Below are positions 41,246 to 53,743 of a DNA stretch of 64,000 nt, in pieces. Each line of letters opens with the position of its first letter. Position 1 is the stretch's first letter. Source of the DNA: Octopus sinensis (lineage: Eukaryota); NCBI RefSeq assembly GCF_006345805.1, contig NC_043012.1, positions 53,320,001-53,384,000 of the forward strand, given 5' to 3'. The notes below the pieces were generated by a model that was not told the origin of the DNA, did not search any database, and was given only the letters and a program-made list of their open reading frames with translations. A program made the translations under genes and the position numbers.

Positions 41246-42261
41246 CATAGATATCTGGGAAACAAATATATGAAGAGTAGTCAGCGAAAACCTGGTTGAT
41301 ATTCGAAGTGCCTAGGGCTTTCAGAAACGGAAGCTGAAGTGGGATGCTTTGCCTCCAAACTTCATTGATCGAACGTTCCAATCGAGACAACAGTCGGATT
41401 ATATATACAAATATATATTCTAATCGGAAGAAATATACTTAATATCTTTCGACATATGCTTAAAGCTTGAAACATTTCATTTCCCCTCTCTCTTCGGCTT
41501 GTTGCATGTAAAGCTGTACACATAGATACTGTTTTTGGAACTTAATGGTTCCTCCTTGCACTAACATGTAACCTTACACATATCTACGCACATACAGTCC
41601 AAAGTGAAGTGTTGCGGTTGATATAATCAACTAAACCACTTCTCCACAAAATGGCTGGCCTTCTGCTTCGATCACAAACCGTAGACAGTACATATAACTT
41701 CTGGGGGATAGTGTTCCTTAGTAGTCTATTGGCAACTAAAATGTGATATATATATTAGCTGGATACATACTCTGACTGAATGATATTAGATTGGTTATAA
41801 TTGAAATACCTCGTCTGAATAATTGTCTACGAATTTTAATTTTATTTTCGGTTAGTCATTTTATATAACTGATTCCCAAAGCTGCTTTAAAAATATTAAA
41901 CTGTTAAACTGAGAGCAATCGTATTCAGGCAACATAACATTACACTTATCCTTATAAGTAGCGAGAAGTGACACTTAAGGTAAACGCTGGTCATTATATA
42001 AAATTGTCTGTTAAACACTTCGAGGAAGACTCTCTCAAAAAAAAAAAAAAAAAAAGAAAGAAAGAGAAACACAATACAATTATAATTGTTTAATTAATAG
42101 ATAATATAGAAGTTAAGTGAAGGGTTCCTGCAGTTTCGACTACGTTGATATGAATACTGCAAGTTCATGTTTCTGAAATGTGAACTTAGCTGCAACTTTC
42201 TGGATTGTTTTTTTTTTTTTTGAGAATACTTTTTAACTTGTGCAAACTAAATACTTATATG

Positions 42262-42570
42262 CGTAGAAGTACATAGTCTAGTGGTTAGAGCAGCGGACTT
42301 GCAGTCGAAGCAACGCGGGTTCGAACCGCAGACCAGGTAATATGCGTGTTTATGAGCGAAACGGTTAAGCTTCACACGGCTCCGGCAGAAGGTAATGACG
42401 AACTTCTGCTTACTCTTTCGCCACAATTTTCTCTTACTTTTTCCTCCAGCATCTAGTAGCTCACCTCGGACGGACAGGCGTCCCGTCAAGGTGGGGAACC
42501 TATACACCAATGAAACCGGGAAACCGGCTCGTATGAGTCGGGCATGGCTCGAGAAGGAACAAGCAACAAT
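42262..42570 (+). mobile_element. Chimeric SINE: family D-like head/body + family C-like tail
   Basis: The body matches 63652-type sequence (GCT..ACTCTTTCGCCACAA..TTCTCT). The tail CGTCCCGTC..GGTGGGGAA...GAAACCGGGAAACCGG matches 10674/21785. Confidence 0.7.
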
Positions 42571-42732
42571 ACTTATATGCATGTCTTGTTTACAGAAGAT
42601 GCGAGTTCGAGTCCCGTGGGCTGGAGTATTTCTATTTTGGATGTATTTGGGGTACTTAGTTGTGCCCATGACTTAGTATTTGCTTCTTCCATGAGTATGA
42701 GTAAGTATCTCATTTATTTCTTTTGCCACATG

Positions 42733-42785
42733 TATCACTGACGAAGAGAGGGCTCTTAGTAGCTAACTCTGAAATCGGTCCGATA
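42733..42785 (+). ncRNA. Type I hammerhead-like motif
   Basis: TATCA-CTGACGA-AGAG...TTAG tag CTAA CTCT-GAAA-TCG-GTC-CGATA. Canonical core and GUC triplet; stem I has one mismatch. Confidence 0.65.
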
Positions 42786-42937
42786 TGGTAATAATGGAAT
42801 TTTAAAGAAATTTCTGTCGACCTTTTTTCGAGTAGCGTGCGTATTGTGAAAAAATTATATGGTTAATGGACAATATGTCCAATTTTTCGGCATATTTGGC
42901 ATTAGAATTTTTTTTCCTTTGCCCTCATTTATGAATT

Positions 42938-42946
42938 ACATATATA

Positions 42947-42993
<47 letters not shown>

Positions 42994-43221
42994 TATATAT
43001 ATTTATATATACACATATATATATATATGTATATAGATATGTGTATATATATATACATACATATATATATATATATGCATATATATATTTATATATACAT
43101 ATACATATTTATGTATATAGATATGTGTATATATATATACATACATATATATATATATGCATATATATATTTATATATACATATATATATATATATATGT
43201 ATATAGATATGTGTATATATT

Positions 43222-43263
<42 letters not shown>

Positions 43264-43295
43264 CATATATATACATATGTATATACATTTATATA
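42938..43295. repeat. TA-rich higher-order repeat
   Basis: An 82-86-bp unit starting GCATATATAT..TTTATATATAC recurs at about 42991, 43077 and 43159. Confidence 0.85.
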
Positions 43296-44406
43296 TGAGT
43301 TTGATACTTATTCTATCTGTCATGTTTACCGAACCGCGAAGTTACAGTTATGTAAACAAACCAACACCGGTTGTCAGCGGCAGGATGACAAATACGGGTT
43401 TTAACAGAGTTTCCGTCTACCAAATTCAAGTCTACTCATAAGGCTCTTGTCGATTCGGGGCTATTGAAGAAGAAACTCGCTCCACGTCCCGCGCGATGGG
43501 ACTGAAGATATATATAATACATATAATTCTCATATTAATATATTTGCTGAGAAAAATTTTTAAAAATGCCAATTAATCAAATTTAAACGAGATAGAAATC
43601 CAAAGTATTATAACATGATGGATACTTTCTTCATGAATAGAAGTAAAATATATCTCCTTTTATGGTAGAGAGACATGTATATGCGTTGATACACAGTTAC
43701 TTGCACATATGCATACAAATGTGTGTGTATGTGTGTGTATTCGTACATATATATGTGCACGCTTGTGGATATTCCTGGATGTATTTGATACGGTAAAATA
43801 TAAACGACGCTTATACTTCAAACACATACATATTATGTTACGACTTGAAAGATTTTCAATACGACGAAGTAGAGAGTAAATATTTTCTTTATAACAAAAA
43901 GTATGAGATCTCGGACGAGTTTGATTTCATCTTAAAAGGAATCACCAGCAGGGATTCTTTAAACATGTGTAGGACCACAGCATTATAAGGAGTTCTACAA
44001 TTTATAAAATTCAAAATTTATCAAACTCTAAAGAGATCGAATTTCTTGAATATGCTATTAGATGTAGTCAATGTGTGTAGCGTTCTCATTATGAAAAAAA
44101 GAAATACTTTAGTGACAGAGGTTTTATTATGTATCACTCTAGAATAATATATTTGCATTGGTGGTGGTAACTATAGGTGGCTAATGGAGGGACCAGATGA
44201 ACTGGAATATTGGTTTACAAGATATCATGTTGTTATTTGAAGGAGAACGCTGCAATGAGTTTCGTGGAGGGATCCCGCTATAGATGCTTTGTTTTAAAAA
44301 CTTGATGACCCTTCAGATATGACTATGATACAGTTTGTGACGTTCGTAGACATCCAAATGAGGTTTAAGGAGATATGTAACTGGGTTCAGGAGGCGGTGG
44401 TTGTTG

Positions 44407-44638
44407 AGGCGAGCTGGCAGAAACGTTAGCATGCCGGGCGAAATGCTAAGCGGTATTTCGTCTGCCGCTACGTTCTGTGTTTACATTCCGCCGAGGTCGA
44501 CTTTGCCTTTCATCCTTTCGGGGTCGAGCAAATAAGTACCAGTTACGCACTGGGGTCGATATAATCGACTTAATCCGTTTGTCTGTCTTTGTTTGTCCTC
44601 TCTGTGTTTAGCCCCTTGTGGGTAGTAAAGAAATAGGT
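44407..44638 (+). mobile_element. SINE family A with 8-bp TSD
   Basis: GGTTGTTG at 44399-44406 and 44636-44643. Confidence 0.92.
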
Positions 44639-46549
44639 TGTTGCGGCGGGTGCAGAGAGAACGTGCGCACTTGAAAGTATCTGGTTGGTGGAGACTAAAG
44701 GCGAGGATATCACTAAAACATTTATGGCGATAGTATAGGTGATACTTGGAAAATCGGGATGGTTATGGTGGTTAAGAGTAGAACGTGAAAGTTACCAAGA
44801 AGCAACTTAACTGGACAGAAGAGAAAATAGAATTAGATCAGGTCGTGTAGATTGTAAGAATGTGGTGTTGTGATTAATGGAGAGGGCACGGTGGGATCGG
44901 TTTCTTCAACAGATCGAGAACACCCTCGTTTGAAGAACGGCTGCATTTCTTTAAATGTAAAATTCAAGTAGGAATCGATGCTCCAGTATGGATGAAGTCA
45001 GGGGAATAGTTAAAATTAGTATGTCTGGTCTGAGAGGAGGATTAAGAGAATTATTACTGGGAGCCAATCAGCTTGTAGTGGGTAGTGTGCCGTCGAATAT
45101 TGCCAATAATAAAGAAAATCAACTGTTTCCATAGAAAGCGATCTATGTATCACACTTATTACACTTATTGTATAAACATTATCACCCAGTCCTTAAAACA
45201 GTTACTGTGTCATTTGTTCTGAGAAAATATTTTCTGTACTTGCAGTGTTAAAAATACGATATAGGAGGGAAACGAAATTTCACAGCAGTGGCCACCGAGA
45301 ATGCCTGAAGTATTTCGGTTTTTGGGCCTTTTCAATGGCCTGCGCTTGAAACCATTCACACATTCGAACGGAAAGCCGTCGCTTCTAATATAGAGCGTAA
45401 TGGTTAATGCGCCAGTAGCCACGTCCCTTGACAGCTTGAGTGTTGTAAGAATCTGACAATACTTCAGATGCTATACGTCCAATCCTGATGTACGTTTAAT
45501 CCATAACGAGGTTCCTTCGAGGAGAAGAAATGTTCCTTAATAAAATGGGCCTCACAAACAGCAAACACATCTGTTTATCTAGGAATCTCTGTAGATGGTG
45601 CAGTTTCATATATATATGGGCATAACCATCTTCAGTATGTTATACCTTCTACATGGAAGCTTTTGGCACTAGATGGGCCAGGTGATCAGTGAAACACACT
45701 TCCTCTTCAAGAAATGAAATAGTACATTCTCCAGTCTGATGAGGTCAGTTCGAAATTGAGAGAAGGTGCAATGGACAAGCAGCAATGATATATTACCAGT
45801 TCGCCGCTTCTACCCCGTCATTCAGTAATAGCTTCCTATCAGTCCATTTGTGGACGAGACTAGCTTTGTACCACAACACTTCTACCTGCTCCTATCGAAT
45901 AGTTTTCGTACTAACAAGTCTAAGAGCACACCATGCCACGTGCCTTAGGTCTTACATTGCAATCTCCCTGTTTCGCGTTGTTGAACAAATGGATTGGCAC
46001 TATTTTTGTTACCAGATCATCGGGCTCGATAATTTTTCTAATTGCCTCTTCTAATCTAATGACCTTCTCTAATCTATTATTTTTTATTGCTTCTCGCTCT
46101 ACATTATTTTCTTCTACTCTAATAGTTTGCTACAGAAAACCCAACTACTGGTTACTGACGCTTGCTTGTCAACGCCCGATCATCTAGCTCGTTGATTTGG
46201 TGTCTAAGGATTTCCAGCGCCATTAAAAAAACCCATTCGGTTCCCATCAACCGAAGCCATATTTATACATCTTATTTAGATTGCCTATGTATATCTTAGT
46301 CGACATGCAGTCAACAAACATATGTTTATCCAATCGCTGACAAGTTAATCTTCTCCCTAAACATAATACGGATGATCCAGTGCCGTTTATTCTGGTCGAC
46401 ATTGGCACGGTCGGCAAATCCAGACGGAATTTGTATGACGATTGGAAATGCTTGAAAATTATAAGGCTTCGCACAGTCCCGTCATACACCAAAAATGCCA
46501 TCTTTGTATTCCACTGGCACTAATGATCGGGGTTTCTCAAAAAGGATTC

Positions 46550-47060
46550 TGGGCGCTCAAAGTAACCCATCTACTTTAACCTAGCCTAGTTCAGCATAAA
46601 CTGTCTCTGAAAGCAGCACCTTCTCTTCAATCCGGTTCTACAAAACCGTGCGTAGTATAGTATCATTCAAGATATGTGAGTGAATGTGGGCAGAAATTCT
46701 TGATCTATCTAATGTCTACCTTATCTAAATTCAGTAACCTGAGTCCGTTGATAAAGCGACCTTGCCTCCAAACCGATTGCAGGCTCTGTGCATTTACATA
46801 TTCAACACTGATTACAGCCAAGTCGAGTTAAGAAATAAGTAATGAACAGGTAATAAGAAATAAGTAAGAAACAGGTAATAAGGTCTTCCTGTCTGGGGAG
46901 GGATCCATTGAGATGCCCGCCAAAAGGTTCTCTACGGCCCTATGTTGGAAAACTTCGACGTCGCCCAACGATTTTCTTCTCTGTTTTATATAGACGCCCG
47001 ATGACATTTTCATCAGAAGTTTGCTTGTCAGCAATATGACGATAGTTTTCACAAACCCTT
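46550..47060 (-). pseudogene. Highly decayed CR1-like LINE ORF2 C-terminal remnant
   Basis: The minus strand gives LGDVEVFQHRAVENLLAGIS (cf. DIxxLExVQRRATKxIxG) and RQGRFINGLRLLNLDKVD. Further decayed LINE-like sequence probably extends to about 44000. Confidence 0.45.
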
Positions 47061-47819
47061 CCCTTTTATTTCTTAAAAATTTTCATTGCATTCACAAACT
47101 CATTTTTGATTCTATTTGCAACAAAAGTCGATGAGGGGCGCTTTTTGTGAGTTGGAATTTTTATATTGTTACTTTTGTTACTGTCGTTCATGCTACTGCT
47201 GTTATTTTGGTTTTATTGGTTATTTTGGGCTGTTTGTTAATGTATTTCTGTGGGAGATTTCTGCTGTTCGTTTAGTTATTCGTTTGTGATTTTAGTTCTT
47301 GTTGATTTGGTAGGCGTCGTATTGACGGTAGATGGAGGATTGACGAGTTATTCGCAGGAAGCTTAAACCTTTTTGTCATCAGAGTTGCGCAGCTGTCGTT
47401 CTTCTGTGTGTGGTGTGTTTGTGTGTGCGTGTTTGTGTGTGTATGTGTGTGTGTGTGTGCGTGTGTGTGTGTGTGTGTGTTTTCCTTTTATTTTCATCAC
47501 CCCGCCACACAGTCCTCCTCATGCACTCATCATTTCACGAATTACTAAAGAGAAACAAATCGGAGGTTAGGATTAACAGTGTCATAACAGTGTAATTGTC
47601 TGAGTCTATCGCATTTGCGTCTGAATGACTTGGGTTTTTTTTCTTTTTAGATTTCGATTGTTCTTGTTACGTGTCCCCATTTAGGTGAGGAGTGCGCACC
47701 TCCGAAGTTAGTAGAGACGTTAATGTGACCGGGCTCTCAGATAGTTTGTGCTAAAATATTCGTAGCACATGATTATATATCCTTAATTCACAAATCCAGT
47801 TGGGTGTCATATATATATA

Positions 47820-48010
47820 TACGAGGGAGTACTGAAAAGTTTTGGGCTTTAACGATATCGCGAAAGGCCAGGCTGGGGGCCCAAAACTTTCGAGTTCTTT
47901 TACAAGGCTTAGAAAACCTGAAGGACGATTGCAATAAAGGAAATCACAATTAACTGATCCGCCTGTATTTTCTGTACCCAAAGCCTGGAACTTTTCAGCA
48001 CACTCTCGTA
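47820..48010. mobile_element. Mariner-derived MITE
   Basis: Imperfect 31-bp TIRs TACGAG..CTGAAAAGTT....GCTTT; TA ends. Confidence 0.75.
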
Positions 48011-48378
48011 GTTTGCCTTCGAGATCTCGTTTAGGTTTCCAAATGTTGGCTCGATCAAACTATTAAGCCCGTTCCACATCAGTTTTCTCATAGCGACCCC
48101 TTATGCACAAGATTATGTCATCTCCCTATAGGTCGAGGCATACTACTAGCTGCCAGATATTCAATTTGTGTATAAATTATATTTTGATATTATGGACGCA
48201 TCAAGCGAATCGACCGGAGAGCTTATTCTTTTAAGCCTGACCTTTATTTGATCCGGCTTTATTGCCGAATCGCTAAGTAAACAAATGAACACTGGTTGTT
48301 AAGCGGTGATTGGGATAAACCACACACACTCTCACGCGGGCGCGGCCGCGCGCACACACACACACACACACATATATG

Positions 48379-48413
<35 letters not shown>

Positions 48414-48419
48414 GTATAT

Positions 48420-48721
48420 CACCGTGATCACCGTGACACCAGGCTATCAGATGTTGCTACACATCGCTGGTCACAATGCGCTTCGCATTGTTTTAGCCTT
48501 CAAATGACGCCACCCCGCTGGCTAAGCGAGCAGGCCAGAAGAAAGAGTGAGAGAAAGTTGTGGCGAAAGAGTACAGCAGGGATCACCACCACCCCCTGCC
48601 GGAGATCCGTGGAGCTTCAGGTGTTCTCGCTCAATAAACACACACAACGCCCGTCTGGGTATCGAAACTGCGATCTCCTGACCGCGAGTCCACTGCCCAA
48701 ACCACTGGGCCATTGCGCCTC

Positions 48722-48724
<3 letters not shown>
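48420..48724 (-). mobile_element. tRNA-derived SINE family D
   Basis: Head GCGCAATGGCCCAGTGGTT..GGCAG..GACTCGCGGTC; homologous to 63652-64000. Confidence 0.85.
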
Positions 48725-48814
<90 letters not shown>

Positions 48815-49147
48815 AGGTTATGAGAGGTAATGGTGTCAAGAAGACCCAAAGGTTTCACGTAATGCCGAGTAAGAGCTAATAACAGACTATAGTTAAGCTC
48901 CAGGTTCGGTGATTATGCGAATGAGGAGTTCAACGTAGGTCATATATTAGGGTGGAATGGCCATTTTTAAATACTATTGGAACTTACACACAAGGCACAG
49001 GAAACTTATATGTATACCATTCTGCTTAAACAATGGAAATACAGATAGAATATCTCTGCATATCTCACGTCTGTTTTCATTCCCCCACTTCACTCTCTAT
49101 TTCATATCTTCTTTAGAATGACTAGTGCTTAATCTTTCTCTCGCACC

Positions 49148-49195
49148 GTCTCCGATGAAAGGATATATAAAATATCCCCGAAACAGCTGTAGGAC
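49148..49195 (+). ncRNA. Type I hammerhead-like motif (U4 to C)
   Basis: GTCT-CCGATGA-AA-GGATAT ataaa ATATCC-CC-GAAA-CAGCTG-TA-GGAC. Palindromic ACAGCTGT stem III and GUA triplet. Confidence 0.6.
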
Positions 49196-49260
49196 TTTCT
49201 CTTTATAAATGTTCTGAAATCTTTCACAGACTTGGATTTTTATCTCATTCTGTTAATTTG

Positions 49261-49289
<29 letters not shown>

Positions 49290-49294
<5 letters not shown>

Positions 49295-49933
49295 GACAAG
49301 ATTCTTTTAATTTTTGCCTAGCTAATCCATTTACATGTCCAGGGCTATAGTAAACGGCACCTGCCAACCTGCCCAATGTGACACACAGTGGAACTTCGCC
49401 CGGAACCATGTGGTTGGGCAGCAAACTTCTTATCACTCACATCCACACTTAGGATGCTTTTATGAGTATAAAAACAGTGTAGGTTATCTAAAGAAAGCAG
49501 TAACTACAAGTGAAGAATCAGGACAAAAAACTGGTCTCGTGAAATTTACTTCGAAGTCATTCTCAATAAAATTACTATATGTGAATGCATGCGTATGATT
49601 AAATGTAGGTAAATATATGTTTATGTGTATGTATGTGTGTATGTATCTATGGATGGATGGATGGATGGGGGGATGTATACTCTCTCTTCTACTATTTTAT
49701 TTGCTTCAGTCATTTGACTGCGGCCATGCCGGAGCACCGCATTTAGTCGAAGAAATCGACCGCATGGCTTATTCTTTGTAAGCTTAGTACATAGTCTATC
49801 GTAATCTTTTGCCGAACCGCTAAGTTACGGGGGCGTAAACACAACAGCATCGGTTGTCAAGCGATGTTGGGGGACAACCACAGACGCTCAAACACATACA
49901 CACACATACATATATATGTGTATGTGTGTGTGA

Positions 49934-49977
<44 letters not shown>

Positions 49978-50095
49978 ATACGACGGACTTCTTTCAGTGT
50001 CCGTCTACCAAAAGCACTCTATTACAAAGGTGCCACGCAGTGGGACTGAACCTGGAACTACGTGGTTGGTAAGGAAGCTACTTACCACACACCCA
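49290..50095 (-). mobile_element. SINE family B copies (49290-49450 partial; 49680-50095)
   Basis: Reverse-complement family B motifs. Confidence 0.8.
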
Positions 50096-50112
50096 ATATC
50101 AATATGTGTATA

Positions 50113-50168
<56 letters not shown>

Positions 50169-50302
50169 CATATATATGTATGTATATATATATACACATA
50201 CATACATATCAATATATATATGTGTACATATATATATATATCAATATATATATTATGTATATATATACATACACACATATGTATATACATACATATATAT
50301 AC

Positions 50303-50335
<33 letters not shown>

Positions 50336-50404
50336 CATATATATATACGTTTAAATATTTGTTGTGCAAGATTTTTTATGTGAAGTCGTGTGTTGAAACA
50401 GATA

Positions 50405-50711
50405 TTGTTATATTTCGGAATGGTCATATTGCCAGTTTAGCCAATAAAAACACACGCACTATATATTTGGTGTTATTTTGCTTCAGTGATATTTATTTTT
50501 TACATTAATCTTAATCTTATTTCGGCCAAAGTTCTTCGTCACACTCCTGTGACCGCATCAGTGGTCCTTTGTTTTCTTCTCACTTACTTGTGTCTCTCCT
50601 TACTATCCGTCAGCCATTTTGTATTTCTATTGTATGTCTTCATTTGCGCATGCTTATATCTCTATGTGCGTCTATGTTTATTTAGTGTGTGTGTGGGGGG
50701 GATGCCTGTAA
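50405..50711 (-). repeat. Left (inverted) pLTR
   Basis: Reverse complement of 53744-54051; the only difference noticed by eye is a 1-bp indel. Confidence 0.92.
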
Positions 50712-51068
50712 GGCTGATGTTGGAAACAGTAACGATAATGAAGATAACATGTCAATGGTCTCTCTAGGGTTATCTTCATTATCGTTACTGTTTCCAACAT
50801 CAGCCTTCCTATTATTATTATCACCATTACCACTACTACTATTACTAGTATTCCTATTACCACCACAATTATCACTACTATCCTCATTACTACTTCTACT
50901 GTTACCATCACCACTACTACTACCACTATTATTGTTATTACCTTTATTCCTACCATTGCCATTATTACTATCATCGCTAGTGATATTCTCATTGTTCCTG
51001 TTTCTGGTATATGTGTTGTTTATATTAGTGTTGGGTTTTATGAAGATAACCCTAGAGAGACCATTGAC

Positions 51069-53471
51069 ATGTATACCCATCCCTTTGACACTCAATTCTT
51101 CAACGTATGCGACAAAACTTACTGCATGAACCGAATTTATCCAACAACATTACCCTTCAACAAAAGAGTATACATCCCAAGACATACTAATGACCACATG
51201 GAAGCACAGTTCACTATAGCTAGGACCAAACTTAGACAGATTTTAGGATTATACATTAAGAGACAGAGACAGAATAAGACAGATGCCCAACAACTAGGGA
51301 TTAAACCTGCATGTGGCCTACAGAAGCTCATTCAGCGCACGAGGAACGGAGAGGTGATATGCCTTCCCACGGATAAGTCCGGCAGGATGTCAATAGACAG
51401 CTTACCGAACTACATCCAGGCAATGCAACCTCATATCGCCAATACAAAAGTAACAACTGTACAGGCGCATGAGGAGAGAGAAAAGGTCCTCAATGCCCAC
51501 ATGATGATGTGGACAATTGTTCTGGGACCTCAGAAACGTACTGCAAAGAATTTCCAAGCCTGGAACAATGATATCCCGGCACTGTATGGACTTCGCAAGG
51601 ACCATAAAGGTTTTACTGACCCTATAGCAGGACCACCAACAAGACCAGTCTGTGGAGCGAATATCGCTAGCAATTACAGAATCTCCTACTTCCTCTCAAT
51701 GATCATACGCCCTATAATCAGGATGTCACCTGATGTGTGTGACAGCACAGAAGATCTCCTAAGCAGGATCAGTGACTGTAACAAAACTTGTGACTTGACA
51801 GGATGTATAGTAGGTAGCATGGATGTGGTATCCCTATACCCATCGATTGACGTAGATTTTGCAGTGGAGAAGTGCGTGGAGATGATCAACGAGAGCCAGG
51901 TGGAGTTCTGTAATGTCGACACAGAAGAACTGGGCCTCCTACTTAGACTGACATATAATAGTGAATACTTAGATAAACATAATCTTAGTAGTTTCTGCCC
52001 CAGTAGATGTTTAAGAGGTAGACCGCCTACAATTACTTCTATGGCTAGGAAGACACATATAGAAAGATGGCGCGGATGGACCAGAGCCATACGGAGCCCC
52101 GCAAATGTCCATCAGGTAAAGAAAATGATCGCACATGCACTAGGAGCTAGTATAAGAGTTACCCTAAAAGGCCACACATTTAAATTTAATAATAAAATAT
52201 ATGCCCAGGACGAGGGGGCGGCCATCGGTGTTAGTATCGCTGGTGATGTGGCCAACCTCTTCATGGTATGGTGGGACAGAAGGCTTAAAGAATGCCTACT
52301 GCAGAAATCCATACTCGTAAACATGTACTCTCGCTATGTTGATGATATCAATATAGTAGTAAAGGCACCCCCACAAGAGAGTACTGTTGATATAGTAATA
52401 GAAACTAATACTATGGAGAGCATCCAGCAAATAGCTAACTCCATCCACCAGAGTATTAAGGTCACAATAGACTACCCCACTAAACACCCCAACCATAGAC
52501 TACCAGTACTAGACACTGAACTCTGGCTAGAAATTGTGAAAAATAAAACCCAAATCCTTCATTCATACTATGCAAAACCTATGGCCTCAAAATACCTGAT
52601 CCACCGGAACTCAGCCATTGCGGACAATGCCAAATTCAATATTTTGATGGCAGACCTCGTCAGAATAATGAGAAATGTGTCACGCATGTGCGAGCCTACA
52701 GAATTAAAGAGACACATACAGTATTTCATTCACCGCATGCAGTTCTCAGGTTACAGCCATAAAGAAAGGATCAGAGTATACAAAGGAGCCATGAAGAAAT
52801 TTGATAATATATTATGTAATGATAGGAATGGGATTTGCCCACTCTATAGGAACAAGTCATGGAACACTATAGAAAGGACAAAAAAGAAAATAGGGAAGGC
52901 CAACTCTTGGTATGATAGCCATAAATACCAGAGTGTCATGTTCGTTGACACCACCCCTGGAGGTGAACTAGCGTACCGCTTTAGAAGGACCCTAGATAAA
53001 CTTAAACTAAGAATTATGGTTGTTGAAAAGCCAGGCAACCCTATCAGATCTATAATTGGTAGAAGCTATCCTTTTAGTAGAACTCTCTGTACGGATAACT
53101 ATTGCACTGTATGTAGATTTAGCCCACAAACGAACTGTAAAGCCAGAAATGTGGTCTATAGTATAAGATGTATAGAGGGACGATGCAGTAACAAGACAGT
53201 AACATACGTAGGGGAAACTGCAAGAAGCATTGGTGAGCGGGTGAATGAACATTGGAGACAACTCAAGGAAGGTAAAAGCGCATCGATTCTGTACCAACAC
53301 GCCGAACAAGAACACGGGGGATCAATCAATAACATAGAGATTAAGATATTGTCCACACATAGAACAGATGCAACAATTAGACAAATTACAGAAGCTACAC
53401 ATATAATAGAAAATAAACCTAGCCTGAATAGAAAACTAGAATGGAGCAATAGCGCACACCACAACATATGA
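51069..53471 (+). CDS. Penelope-like element polyprotein (RT + GIY-YIG endonuclease), uninterrupted 800-aa ORF, N-terminus rearranged
   Basis: Contains LPTDKSG, RT motifs VGSMDVVSLYPSID, EGAAIGVSIAGDVANLFM and YSRYVDD, and a Cys-rich linker CTDNYCTVC. The GIY-YIG domain is NVVYSIRCIEGRC...TYVGETARSIGERVNEH...QH...EATHI...PSLN. Motif style resembles the Naiad group, from recall and unverified. Confidence 0.95.
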   Translation: MYTHPFDTQFFNVCDKTYCMNRIYPTTLPFNKRVYIPRHTNDHMEAQFTIARTKLRQILGLYIKRQRQNKTDAQQLGIKPACGLQKLIQRTRNGEVICLPTDKSGRMSIDSLPNYIQAMQPHIANTKVTTVQAHEEREKVLNAHMMMWTIVLGPQKRTAKNFQAWNNDIPALYGLRKDHKGFTDPIAGPPTRPVCGANIASNYRISYFLSMIIRPIIRMSPDVCDSTEDLLSRISDCNKTCDLTGCIVGSMDVVSLYPSIDVDFAVEKCVEMINESQVEFCNVDTEELGLLLRLTYNSEYLDKHNLSSFCPSRCLRGRPPTITSMARKTHIERWRGWTRAIRSPANVHQVKKMIAHALGASIRVTLKGHTFKFNNKIYAQDEGAAIGVSIAGDVANLFMVWWDRRLKECLLQKSILVNMYSRYVDDINIVVKAPPQESTVDIVIETNTMESIQQIANSIHQSIKVTIDYPTKHPNHRLPVLDTELWLEIVKNKTQILHSYYAKPMASKYLIHRNSAIADNAKFNILMADLVRIMRNVSRMCEPTELKRHIQYFIHRMQFSGYSHKERIRVYKGAMKKFDNILCNDRNGICPLYRNKSWNTIERTKKKIGKANSWYDSHKYQSVMFVDTTPGGELAYRFRRTLDKLKLRIMVVEKPGNPIRSIIGRSYPFSRTLCTDNYCTVCRFSPQTNCKARNVVYSIRCIEGRCSNKTVTYVGETARSIGERVNEHWRQLKEGKSASILYQHAEQEHGGSINNIEIKILSTHRTDATIRQITEATHIIENKPSLNRKLEWSNSAHHNI

Positions 53472-53743
53472 CAATGGTGGATCCTGCAAACATAATAAAT
53501 ACACAGGTAATGAAAGAAATAAAAATGAATATCTATATATATGTATATGTGTATATATGTGTATATGTATATGTGTATATATGTGTGTATATATGTATAT
53601 ATATATATGTGTATATGTATGTATATATATATGTATATCTTTTTATTTATTTATTTATTTTTTTTTTTTCGATTAGATTTATTATTATTATTACTAATAT
53701 TGTTGTTATACATACATACAAGCATATGTAATGATACAAAATA

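Noticed and set aside
45595-45640. Minus-strand CTGAAGA...GAAAC string
   Set aside because: No NUH triplet or stem I pairing.
45735-45765. CTGATGA...GAAA hammerhead-like string
   Set aside because: Stem II is weak, and there is no valid stem I/III or UH triplet. Likely chance within decayed LINE sequence.
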